This document shows positions 8,474 to 17,600 of a stretch of DNA of 35,290 bases, piece after piece. Both the position numbers and the translations under genes were made by a program. The notes beneath the pieces are model-generated. The model did not search any database and was not told where the DNA came from. It saw nothing but the letters and a program-made list of their open reading frames with translations. The DNA is from an uncultured Myxococcales bacterium (GTDB lineage Bacteria > Myxococcota_A > Polyangia > Polyangiales > Houyiibacteriaceae): the NCBI GenBank assembly GCA_965365555.1, contig CBDUCC010000001.1:1-35290 (forward strand), given 5' to 3'. The stretch's first letter is position 1. Every line of letters begins with the position of its first letter.

Positions 8474-11400
8474 GACTCGCTCCGGTGCTCGAATAGCGGC
8501 CCATACACGGTCCGTGACGCCTCCGCGAATGCATCCAACCAGTCGCGGTCCTCAAAGGGGTCGTCTTCACCGAATCGGTACCGCAGCCGAGCGTCCCACT
8601 TCCGTCGCTCCCGATAGGCGTTCCTGGCCGCCGACAGAGCTTGGTCGGCGCCTTCGTCTAGCGATGCCGCGTACTCGAGCGATGCGCGCTCGATGAGCGG
8701 AACCGGTACCCGGAGGCTCTGCCAGTAGAGCTCGAGCAGTTTCGTAAGGTGCTCTCGCGGGCGCGAAACCTCTCGGTACGAGACCACCGACGGGCCTGTT
8801 TCCGATCCGCGGAGGACCAGGCAGGTTTCCCTCGGAAGCTCTGGGCTCTGTGCGGCGTTCATCAGCAGGTGTTCGACCCAGCTCGCAAGCTCCGCCTTGC
8901 GACGAGTGCGGGTGAAGCGGTCGAGGACTCGGGCACCTGGGTGGAGACCGTGGAGACGTGCTTCGACGACGCTCTGTGCCAGCCGGACGCTCAGCAGAGC
9001 ATGACCTGGCTCGGGGCCTGCTCGGAGCTCCGATGCGCGGTTGGCGACCGCCTCGATCTCGCGGCCGAGTCGCCGGCGCTCAATCCGTCCTGGCGTTCCA
9101 TCCGGAAACTCCGGTGCTGCCCGCAGGTACTCCTCCAGACGCTCTCCTCTCAGATTCGCGCGAAGAGCCGCGTTGCCCACGTTCGCCTGCTCGAGGCTAC
9201 CGATCTGGGTCAGTGCATCGCTCGGCTCGTGGAGTGCCGATTCCTCGAAGCTCGCGCGGACGACGCGATCCAAAAACTCCCCGATCGGGTTCCAGAGCCA
9301 GTTCGTCAGCTCGAATGCGCTGATCGTTTCGGGCTCCTCCTCCACCGTCGCGACGAGCTCGACCCGGGATCGCTGCCCCGGTCCTCGCTGAAGCGTCTCC
9401 GCGAGCTCGAGGTTTCGCTCCGAAAAGCTGCGAGGCAGAGACTCTCCGGCAAAGTAGCCCGGATCGAACGCGTGCAGGGGGTGTGATGTCCAACCGAGCA
9501 CGTCCTCGTCGTTCGCCTCCGACCGATAGTAGCGGTTGACCGTCTCGCAGAGCTCCCAAACCACCGGCGATGGGTTCGACATCCGCGAACGACTTCTGTC
9601 CGCGCCGCCAAAGGTGATGAGCAGACGGTCGCGCGCGCAGAGCAAGGCCTGCAGAAAGGAATGACGATCGTCGCTGCGCCGATTCCGGTCGCCGGGCTGA
9701 TACGTGCCCCGTCTGAGGTCGAAGCTCGGGCGCGTGTCCGGTCGTGGAAAAGCGTCCTCGCTCATGCCGAGGAGACAAACGACGCGGAACGGGACCGAGC
9801 GGAGCGGCACCAGCTCCGTCAGCGTGACGCCGCGGCGAAGAAAGCCGATCGCCGGCGTCCTGTCGATCAGCAGACGGGTCAGCTCCCGTCGCACCGTTGC
9901 CAGCGACAGGGGCGCCTCGAACCCGGTTCTGACTGCCGAGTCGCGAACGTCTGCGATCGAAGTGCGAAGCACGTACAAGGCAGCGCTGCTCTCGTCGTCG
10001 TCGGAGAAAAGTCGCTCGCACAGCTCGTCGAGCTCGTCTGCCCAACGTCCGATGGAGAGTCGTCCGCGGGTGCGGGCATGGAACGCGAACAGGACCTCCA
10101 AGAGGGCGGAGAGACGTGCCACGAGGCCGATGTCGTCGAGCGTCGGGGCACCTCGGGGCAGCACTCCGCCGAAGACCGTGCTCGCGTCCGGCTCGGAGGC
10201 GAATCCGAGAAACAGTCGGGCAATCCCTTCGCGCCAGGTGTGAAGGCCCTCCGCCGGAAAACCTTCCTGGTCGCGATGTCGTCCGTCGATTCCCCAGCGA
10301 ACTCCTGCGGCAGCCGTCAAATCCGTGAGTCGCACCCGCTCATCCGGGCTGAAACGGAACTCGGTCCGAAGGGACTTCCCGTCCATCAAACGGACGAGAT
10401 CCAGCACGGAGAAACGCGAATCGAGGAGCTCGAGCACGACCAGGAGATCGTCGTAGAACGACGCGTCCTCTCGCGAGCGCCGATCGTGGACGTCGAACGG
10501 AATCGGGTGCTCGGATTGCTGGCCGAAGACCGCGCGGAAGAGCGGCGCGTAGGTCTCGAGATCCGGCGCCATGACGACGATGTCCTCGGGTCGAAGCGTC
10601 GAGTCCTCCTCCAGGGCTCTACGAATCTCATCGTACAGCACTTGCACTTCGCGCAGTGGGTCCGGGCATTCATGCAACGAGATCGAGTCGTCGGTCCCCT
10701 GGACGATGGAGCGCTCGGCCTGTGGTGGAGGTGCCGCGAACTCCAGGATGTCCCTCTGAACTGCGCTCAACAGGGTGGAGCGGCCTGGGGTCACGAACGC
10801 TTCGCGCTCGACCTCGAAGGGAACCGCCTCGCTGGCATCCAGCAGGAGCTTTTGGAAGTCGCGCGAGAGCCCGCCTGCGCCGGCTAGCAACGGGTGACCG
10901 TCCGCCGCCGCATCGCTCATTTGGAACGAGAGCTGGGCGTCCGCTCGAACGCCTGCGTCGCCACGATACTCCGAGGACGGCTCGAGCACGTACAGCGTCG
11001 TGGGGACCTTTCTCGAAAGCTCGCCGAAAAACCGAACGAACGAAGGAGGAAGGGTCTCCAAAGAGAACAGATGGAGTCGCCGAAAGGGGACTCTGGCGGC
11101 AACGTCCTCGGAACGAAGCCGAGGAAGAGCGCGCTCGATGCGGGAGCTCAAATCGTGGGGGCCAAGCACCTCGGTGACACGGCGCCAGAGCTCGGCCTGC
11201 CAGCCATTGCGCTTGCCTTTCTGCCATGCCGCGAGGAGATCGGGTCGATAGACGGCGTAGTCGTCGAATGCGTTCGCGACGCTGAGCGCGAGTCGGAGAA
11301 CCCGATCCGGGTCCGCCGGGCTGCCGAGGTAGCCCTCCAGCCCCGCAGGAGGAGATTCGTCGAGTAAGCGGGCGATCGTCCATCGCAAGCGCTCGCGACC

Positions 11401-11655
11401 GTAGGCCTTCGCGTTCTCGTCGGCCTCCTCATCGAGTCCGGCGAGAGCCTGGTCGACCGCCGCGCGGGGAAATGGAAACGCCGGGTTCGCCCAAACGCCG
11501 AGACGCATGGCGAGCTGCAGGGAGAGCCAGTGTTCGATCCCTTTGCTCTGGACGACGATCGTTTCCTTCGCGAACGGCGGAAGTGGTTCTTCGCGAACCT
11601 TGAAAGCAAGGGCGTCCGCCAGGGTTTCCGTACGGTTGCTGCGGATGAGCTCCAT
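8470..11655 (-). CDS. recC: Exodeoxyribonuclease V gamma subunit RecC
   Basis: The 1061-aa length, the N-terminus MELIRSNRTETLADALA (E. coli RecC starts with a similar SNR-containing block) and the position directly upstream of recB with a 4-nt overlap all fit. The call rests on size, synteny and remembered similarity, not on a catalytic motif. Confidence 0.85.
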   Translation of the reverse strand: MELIRSNRTETLADALAFKVREEPLPPFAKETIVVQSKGIEHWLSLQLAMRLGVWANPAFPFPRAAVDQALAGLDEEADENAKAYGRERLRWTIARLLDESPPAGLEGYLGSPADPDRVLRLALSVANAFDDYAVYRPDLLAAWQKGKRNGWQAELWRRVTEVLGPHDLSSRIERALPRLRSEDVAARVPFRRLHLFSLETLPPSFVRFFGELSRKVPTTLYVLEPSSEYRGDAGVRADAQLSFQMSDAAADGHPLLAGAGGLSRDFQKLLLDASEAVPFEVEREAFVTPGRSTLLSAVQRDILEFAAPPPQAERSIVQGTDDSISLHECPDPLREVQVLYDEIRRALEEDSTLRPEDIVVMAPDLETYAPLFRAVFGQQSEHPIPFDVHDRRSREDASFYDDLLVVLELLDSRFSVLDLVRLMDGKSLRTEFRFSPDERVRLTDLTAAAGVRWGIDGRHRDQEGFPAEGLHTWREGIARLFLGFASEPDASTVFGGVLPRGAPTLDDIGLVARLSALLEVLFAFHARTRGRLSIGRWADELDELCERLFSDDDESSAALYVLRTSIADVRDSAVRTGFEAPLSLATVRRELTRLLIDRTPAIGFLRRGVTLTELVPLRSVPFRVVCLLGMSEDAFPRPDTRPSFDLRRGTYQPGDRNRRSDDRHSFLQALLCARDRLLITFGGADRSRSRMSNPSPVVWELCETVNRYYRSEANDEDVLGWTSHPLHAFDPGYFAGESLPRSFSERNLELAETLQRGPGQRSRVELVATVEEEPETISAFELTNWLWNPIGEFLDRVVRASFEESALHEPSDALTQIGSLEQANVGNAALRANLRGERLEEYLRAAPEFPDGTPGRIERRRLGREIEAVANRASELRAGPEPGHALLSVRLAQSVVEARLHGLHPGARVLDRFTRTRRKAELASWVEHLLMNAAQSPELPRETCLVLRGSETGPSVVSYREVSRPREHLTKLLELYWQSLRVPVPLIERASLEYAASLDEGADQALSAARNAYRERRKWDARLRYRFGEDDPFEDRDWLDAFAEASRTVYGPLFEHRSES

Positions 11656-11659
11656 GCAC

Positions 11660-12172
11660 TCAGCGAGTCGGGAACTTGCGCTCCAAGCTCTTCATACCGT
11701 TGGTGAGCGCCACTTGGAACAGCTTTTTGCCTGCCCATGCCTTGCCCGGATTCCGGGCGAGCCGCCCGTACGCTTGCCAACACACGATCGTGCCCCCGGT
11801 GGGGTGCGGTTCGCAGGTAAGCACCCCGAGGTGCTCGGTGCAGAGTCCTAGAAGCGCGCCGTCGTTGGCCGAGTATGCGAGCATCCGAGGCGCCTCGTAG
11901 GCCTTCACGACCTCGCGGACCGGCTCTCCGAACGCTCCTTGAATCATGCGGACCGAGCCGACCTGGCCTGGCGCCTCGGCGTTGCTGTCATCCGCCCAGC
12001 TCTTCTTGGAGGCCCAGATCCACTCGCTCAGCCGATCGAAGTCGGTCACGTACGCGAAGATCTCTTCCCGCGGAACGTCGAAGTGACGGGTGATCTCGAA
12101 GAGCCTCGGTTGGTCGCTGAAGCGAGCCCCCGTTTCGTCTGCGTACTGGATGAAGTCGGCAAACTCGCGCAT
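11660..12172 (-). CDS. SRPBCC (START/polyketide-cyclase-like) superfamily protein
   Basis: A 170-aa protein whose pattern (ITRHFDVPREEIFAYVTDFDRLSEWIW... then a beta-rich middle and a C-terminal helix) is typical of SRPBCC ligand-binding folds. GC3 is high. It stops 4 nt before the recC start. Confidence 0.5.
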   Translation of the reverse strand: MREFADFIQYADETGARFSDQPRLFEITRHFDVPREEIFAYVTDFDRLSEWIWASKKSWADDSNAEAPGQVGSVRMIQGAFGEPVREVVKAYEAPRMLAYSANDGALLGLCTEHLGVLTCEPHPTGGTIVCWQAYGRLARNPGKAWAGKKLFQVALTNGMKSLERKFPTR

Positions 12173-12209
12173 TGCGGCAGTTTTACCTCTTCGGTTCGGA
12201 ATTCAAGGC

Positions 12210-13361
12210 TCAAGAAAGCCGATCTCGGTAGTCTTCGTACCTGAACTCGCGTTGAACTCGGTACGAGTCGTCGCGCGGGTCGTACAGGGCGATCGACGGC
12301 AGTCGCACGCCGTTGAAGGTGGTGGTCTTGACCATCGTGTAGTGCCCCATGTCCTCGAACACGAGCTTATCACCCACTCGGAGCGGCGCGTCGAAGGAGT
12401 AGCTTCCGATCATGTCACCGGCGAGGCAGGAGAGACCGCCAAGCGCATAGCGGTTGGGACGTTCGCCGGGCATCCCTGCGCCGCGGACTTCGGGTCGGTA
12501 CGGCATCTCCAGCACATCTGGCATGTGGGCGGTCGCGGAGGTGTCGAGGATCGCGATCGGTCCGTCGTTGTCGACGATGTCGAGCACCGTGGCGATCAGG
12601 ACGCCAGCGTGCAGACCGATCGCCTCGCCCGGTTCGAGAAACACGTCGACCCTGTGCTCACGCCGGAATGCTCGAATCAGATCGATCAGCAACCCGACGT
12701 CGTAACCAGGCTTGGTGATGTGGTGGCCGCCGCCGAAGTTGACCCACTTCGCATTCTCGAGCCAGGGCGCGAACCGCTCCTCGATCGCCGCCAGCGTTCG
12801 TTCGAGCGCGTCGGCTCCGAGCTCACAGAGGGTATGGAAGTGCAGGCCGTCGATGCCGCGTAAATCGGCATCTCTCAACTGCTCCCGCGTCGCTCCGAGT
12901 CGGGAGCCCGGGGCACAGGGATCGTAGATCGCGACATCGACTTCGGAGTGCTCCGGATTGATTCGGAGCCCGAAGCTCACCTGGCCCGCGTGCTCCTCGA
13001 TCAGCGAACGGAATCGTGCGATCTGGGAAGGGGAGTTGAAGACGACATGGTCCGAGTAGCGAATGCTTTCCCGGAGAGATCTCTCCGAGAATGCCGGGCA
13101 ATACGTGTGGACCTGCTTGCCGAGCTCCTCGCGGCCGAGGCGAGCCTCGTCGGGGCCGCTCGCCGACACTCCGTCTAGATATCGCCCGACCAGTGGAAAC
13201 GTAGACCAGGTCGCAAAGCCCTTGAGCGCAACCAAGATCGTGCAGCCGCTCGCGGCCTGCGCGTGCGCCAGGGTCGCGAGATTGCGCTCGAGCGCCGCTA
13301 GGTCGATCACGTAGGCCGGTGACTCGACGCGGCTCAGATCGAGCTCAGCACAGGGGAGCAT
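12210..13361 (-). CDS. nspC: Carboxynorspermidine/carboxyspermidine decarboxylase
   Basis: SPAYVIDLAALERNLATLAHAQAASGCTILVALKGFATWSTFPLVGRYLDGVSASGPDEARLG matches the NspC N-terminal PLP-barrel region as I remember it from Vibrio NspC. Length is 383 aa. The start overlaps the stop of the upstream dehydrogenase (TAATG). Confidence 0.9.
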   Translation of the reverse strand: MLPCAELDLSRVESPAYVIDLAALERNLATLAHAQAASGCTILVALKGFATWSTFPLVGRYLDGVSASGPDEARLGREELGKQVHTYCPAFSERSLRESIRYSDHVVFNSPSQIARFRSLIEEHAGQVSFGLRINPEHSEVDVAIYDPCAPGSRLGATREQLRDADLRGIDGLHFHTLCELGADALERTLAAIEERFAPWLENAKWVNFGGGHHITKPGYDVGLLIDLIRAFRREHRVDVFLEPGEAIGLHAGVLIATVLDIVDNDGPIAILDTSATAHMPDVLEMPYRPEVRGAGMPGERPNRYALGGLSCLAGDMIGSYSFDAPLRVGDKLVFEDMGHYTMVKTTTFNGVRLPSIALYDPRDDSYRVQREFRYEDYRDRLS

Positions 13362-14548
13362 TACATCTCCTTCACGTGCCAGGGCAGACCGCGAACGGCG
13401 AGCTCATCGAGGAATGGCTGGGGATCGAATTGCTCGACGTTGAACACTCCTTTGCCTCGCCAGGTTCCGCTAAGCATCATTTTGGATCCAACCATGGTGG
13501 GTACGCCGGTCGTGTAAGAAACCGCCTGCGCGCGCACTTCTTTCCACGACTCTTCGTGGTCGCAGATGTTGTAGATGAACACCTTGCGGGGTTGACCGTC
13601 TTTGCGACCTTCCACCAAGCAACCGATGCTGGTCTGCCCGGTGTAGTTCTCCCCCAGGGTAGAGGGGTCCGGGAGCAGCGCTTTCAAGAATTGAATCGGC
13701 ACGATCGCGCGGCCTTCGTAGTCGATCGGTTCGATGCTGGTGAGCCCGACATTCTGCAAGACACGAAGGTGGGTGAGGTACTCCTCGCCAAAGGTCATCC
13801 AGAACCGAATGCGCTTCAATCCGCGGATGTTCTTCGAGAGAGACTCGAGCTCCTCGTGGTAGAGCAGGAATGCCCTTCGTTCTCCGACGCCCGGGAAGTC
13901 GAACATCATCGACTCCGACATCGGGTCGATTTCCTTCCACTCGCCCTCTTCCCAGTAGCGACCGCGTTGGGTGATCTCCCGGATGTTGATCTCCGGGTTG
14001 AAATTCGTTGCGAATGGGTGCCCGTGGTCGCCGCCGTTGCAGTCGAGGATGTCGATCGTGTCGATCTCGTCGAAGAGCTCTTTTTGGGCGTAGGCACAGA
14101 AAACGTTGGTGACGCCGGGATCGAACCCCGAGCCGAGAAGGGCCATGATTCCCGCCGACTCGAACCGCTCCTGGTACGCCCACTGCCATTTGTACTCGAA
14201 CTTCGCCTCGTCCGGCGGCTCGTAGTTCGCCGTGTCGAGATAGTCGACGCCCGTTTCCAAGCAGGCATCCATCAGCGAAAGATCTTGGTACGGCAGCGCG
14301 ACGTTGATCAGCAGCTCCGGCTTCACCCTTTGGATCAGCTCCACGGTCTGTCGGACGTCGTCCGCATCGACTTGTGCGATCTCGATTTCCCGGCCGCGTA
14401 GATCGCGCACTTGTTGCTGGATCTTCTCGCAGCGCGACAGCGTGCGACTTGCGAGGGTGATCTCCGTGAAGGTCTCGGCATCTGCCGCGCACTTGTGGGC
14501 GACCACGCCGCCGACGCCTCCCGCGCCAATGATCAGAACCTTGCTCAT
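13361..14548 (-). CDS. Carboxynorspermidine synthase/dehydrogenase (saccharopine dehydrogenase family)
   Basis: Rossmann N-terminus MSKVLIIGAGGVGGVVAHKCA. ITLASRTLSRCEKI and GSGFDPGVTNVF are characteristic of CANSDH. It is paired with nspC, as in the alternative (nor)spermidine pathway. Confidence 0.88.
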   Translation of the reverse strand: MSKVLIIGAGGVGGVVAHKCAADAETFTEITLASRTLSRCEKIQQQVRDLRGREIEIAQVDADDVRQTVELIQRVKPELLINVALPYQDLSLMDACLETGVDYLDTANYEPPDEAKFEYKWQWAYQERFESAGIMALLGSGFDPGVTNVFCAYAQKELFDEIDTIDILDCNGGDHGHPFATNFNPEINIREITQRGRYWEEGEWKEIDPMSESMMFDFPGVGERRAFLLYHEELESLSKNIRGLKRIRFWMTFGEEYLTHLRVLQNVGLTSIEPIDYEGRAIVPIQFLKALLPDPSTLGENYTGQTSIGCLVEGRKDGQPRKVFIYNICDHEESWKEVRAQAVSYTTGVPTMVGSKMMLSGTWRGKGVFNVEQFDPQPFLDELAVRGLPWHVKEM

Positions 14549-14626
14549 TCAACCCTCTGCGACTTGGCCTCCCTGGCTGCCGCTCGTTGCCCGCGTTGTG
14601 ACTTCGACGTGCTCCATTTGCAACCC

Positions 14627-14640
14627 AAGTCACGTGACTT
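14627..14640. promoter_or_regulatory. Perfect 14-bp palindrome AAGTCACGTGACTT in the divergent control region (candidate operator)
   Basis: Read directly. It lies 79 nt from the CANSDH start and 58 nt from the ATG at 14698. A half-site copy GTGACTT (14598-14604) followed by ACGTG (14607-11) lies about 25 nt upstream. Confidence 0.3.
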
Positions 14641-14697
14641 TGCCCGGTCCATGTGGTTACCTGCCTCACCTCGGGTAGGAAGAGGGCGACCGACGGG

Positions 14698-17600
14698 ATG
14701 AAGAAAGCGATTGTTGGGTTGGACGTAGGGTCCACGACCGTGAAAGCGGTCATCGTCGACCCAGAGACGAAGGACATCGTCTGGAGCGACTATCAGCGCC
14801 ACCATACGAAGCAGGCCGAGTGCGTGCTGGACTTCATGGAGCGCATCGAAGCCATCGTCGCGGAGGAAGGCTGCGACGACATCCGTGTCTTTGCGACCGG
14901 CTCTGGAGCGAAACCGCTCGAAGGTCCTCTCGGAGCCAAGTTCGTGCAGGAGGTCAACTCGGTCACTCTCGCCGTCGAAACCTTGCATCCGGATGCTGGC
15001 TCGGTGGTCGAGCTCGGCGGTCAGGATGCCAAGATCATCGTCTTCAAGGAGAACGAGAACACCGGCGACAAGACCGCCATCGCATCGATGAACGACAAGT
15101 GCGCGTCGGGTACCGGAGCGACGATCGACAAGTGCATGATCAAGGCCGGCATGCCACCGGAAGAGACCCTCGAGCTTCACTTCGACGACCAACACTTGCA
15201 TCACGTCGCCGCCAAATGTGGCGTCTTCGCCGAGACGGACATCGTGAACTTGGTGAAGACGGGTATTCCGTCGAACGAGATCATGTGCTCGCTCGCCGAT
15301 GCGATCGTGATGCAGAACCTCTCCGTGCTCACGCGTGGCAACACGCTCCGGCACAAGGTCTTGTTGCTCGGCGGTCCCAATACCTTCTTGCCATTCCTCC
15401 AAGAGTGTTGGCGCAAACGCATTCCCGAAACCTGGGACGAGCGGGGCTACGACTACCCGAAAGACGTTCCCATCGAGGAGCTGATTCCGGTTCCCGACAA
15501 TGCCGCGCTCTATGCGGCCTACGGCGCGGTGATGTACGGGATGCACGAGCCGCCTCAGGTCGGTGTGTTCGACGGCCTCGAGGGACTACGCCGTTACATT
15601 ACCGAGGGTCGCAAGGAACGGCTCGGAGAGAGCGCCGGGCCGCCGCTTGCCGAGGACGAAGCCGAGCTGGAGCAGTTCCTCGGGGCTTATCGGATTCCGA
15701 TGTTCATCGAGCCCGAGATCACGAGCGATAGCGTCCGGGCCGTGATTGGTCTCGATGGTGGAAGCACCTCGTCCAAGGCGGTTTTGCTTAGCGAGGAGGG
15801 CGAGGTCCTGATGAAGGCGTATGCCCTCTCGAAGGGCAACCCCATTCAGGACACCAAGGAGCTCTTGGCCGAGCTTCGCGGACGAATGCACGCCAAGGGC
15901 GTCGAGATCGAGGTGCTCGGCTTCGGCGCCACCGGATATGCGGCCGACGTATTGGAAGAGTGCGTGCGTGCCGACGTCAACATCGTCGAGACCGTGGCGC
16001 ACATGATGAGCGCGACACACTATTTCGGCGACGTCGACGTGATCTGCGACATCGGTGGACAGGACATCAAGGTTCTGTTCATGGAGAACGGGGACATCAA
16101 GACGTTCAAGCTGTCGAACCAGTGTTCGGCCGGCAACGGAATGCTACTCCAGGCGATGGCCGACCAGTTTGGGCTTCCTGTGACCGAGTATGCCGACAAC
16201 GCGTTCAAGGCCGATCTTGCTCCGAAGTTCAGCTATGGCTGCGCAGTCTTCCTCGACACGGATCGAGTGAACTTCCAGAAGGAGGGCTTCAGCAAGGAGG
16301 AGTTGCTCGCCGGGCTGGCTCAGGTGCTCCCAAAAAACGTTTGGCAATACGTGGTCGGCGTTCCGCGTATGGCTGCGCTCGGACGCAAGTTCGTCTTGCA
16401 GGGTGGCACTCAGTACAACCTCGCCGCCGTGAAAGCCCAGGTCGACTACATCAAGCAGCGGGTTCCGAACGCGGAAGTGTTCGTGCATCCACATTCGGGC
16501 GAAGCGGGTGCAATCGGGGCGGCGATGGAAACTCTTCGAGTCGTGAAGCGGCGAGGGCATTCGACGTTCATCGGTCTCGATGCAGCGATCGATCTCGAGT
16601 ACCAGACCAAGAACGACGCGAGCACGACCTGCCATTTCTGTGCGAACGAGTGCTCTCGGACCTTCATCGATGCCTTCCGTCCCGACGGCACGACGAGCCG
16701 GTACATCAGCGGATTCTCCTGCGAGAAGGGGATGGTCGAGTCGAAGGATGCGATGGAGTCGCTGGTCAAAGAACGTCGCAAGATCATGAAGGAATTTCCG
16801 AATCTCGTGACCTACGAGGGGCTGAAGGCCTTCAAGCGAATCGCCGGCGTTCAGCCGCTACCCGAGGCCGGCACGCCGGTCGAGGACGTGAAGGTCGACC
16901 GTAAGTTTTTCGGCGAGATCGAGCGCACGAAGTTCACGCGTGGCTTCGAGCGCTCGTCCGATCAGGCCGCGACGAAGCGCGCCCAGTGGCGAGTTGGCAT
17001 TCCTCGCGTCCTCAACATGTACTCGACCGCGCCGTTCTTCCGAACCTATTTCGAGGTGCTCGGCGTCCGTCCCAAGAACATCGTCTTCAGCGATCCGAGC
17101 TCCGAGGAGATGTTTGCAGAGGGAGGCAAGTACGGGTCGGTCGATCCCTGCTACCCCTCCAAGGTCGCTCAGGCGCACTTCCATCAGCTGTTCTTCCACA
17201 AGCACCAGCAGTCTCCGTTCGATGCGATCTTCTTTCCGATCCTCACGCACGTGCCGAACTTCGTCACGGGCACCGTCGACGATACAAGCTGCCCGATCGT
17301 CGCGGGCACTCCGGATGTCATGAAGGCTGCATTCACGAAGGAGCAAGACTACTTCGGCAATCGCGGCATCGAGTATCTGGCGCCGGCGTTCAGCTTCTCC
17401 GAACCGACCCTACTCCGGCGCGCGATGTTCGAGGCGTTTCAAAACGTCCTCGGCATCACCGAGGACGAGAGCGATTTTGCCGTTCGAGAGGGGCTCACTG
17501 CGCTCGAGCGGTTCGATCAAGACCTTCAAGACAAAGGCCGCGCGATCCTCGATCAGGTCGAGTACGAGAACAAGGTGGCGATCTTGGTCCTCGGGCGTCC

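Noticed and set aside
9661-10887. A 408-aa + strand ORF, plus several 100-280-aa ORFs within recC
   Set aside because: All overlap the 1061-aa recC frame. Their sequences are dominated by Arg/Ser/Pro/Gly, consistent with off-frame or antisense reading of GC-rich coding DNA.
3299-11655. recBCD as part of a defence or anti-phage island
   Set aside because: The gene order is the canonical housekeeping recC-recB-recD, embedded among metabolic genes. No adjacent nuclease, methylase, Abi, retron or toxin genes are present, and there are no mobile-element signatures.
14653-14697. 5' extensions given by the ORF track (also 21232-21252, 28175-28303, 30198-30458, 30173-30292, 32276-32317)
   Set aside because: The extensions use atypical codons or non-ATG starts, and encode Arg/Ser-rich or AT-rich junk. 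They precede internal starts that coincide with signal peptides, SD sequences or the first conserved motif.
13319-14777. A 360-aa + ORF and a 435-aa - ORF overlapping the CANSDH gene
   Set aside because: The CANSDH frame has the Rossmann motif and family-specific blocks. The alternatives are Arg/Pro/Gly-rich with no motifs.
14545-15546. A 333-aa minus-strand ORF opposite the first activase repeat
   Set aside because: It is a shadow of a frame carrying complete ASKHA ATPase motifs.
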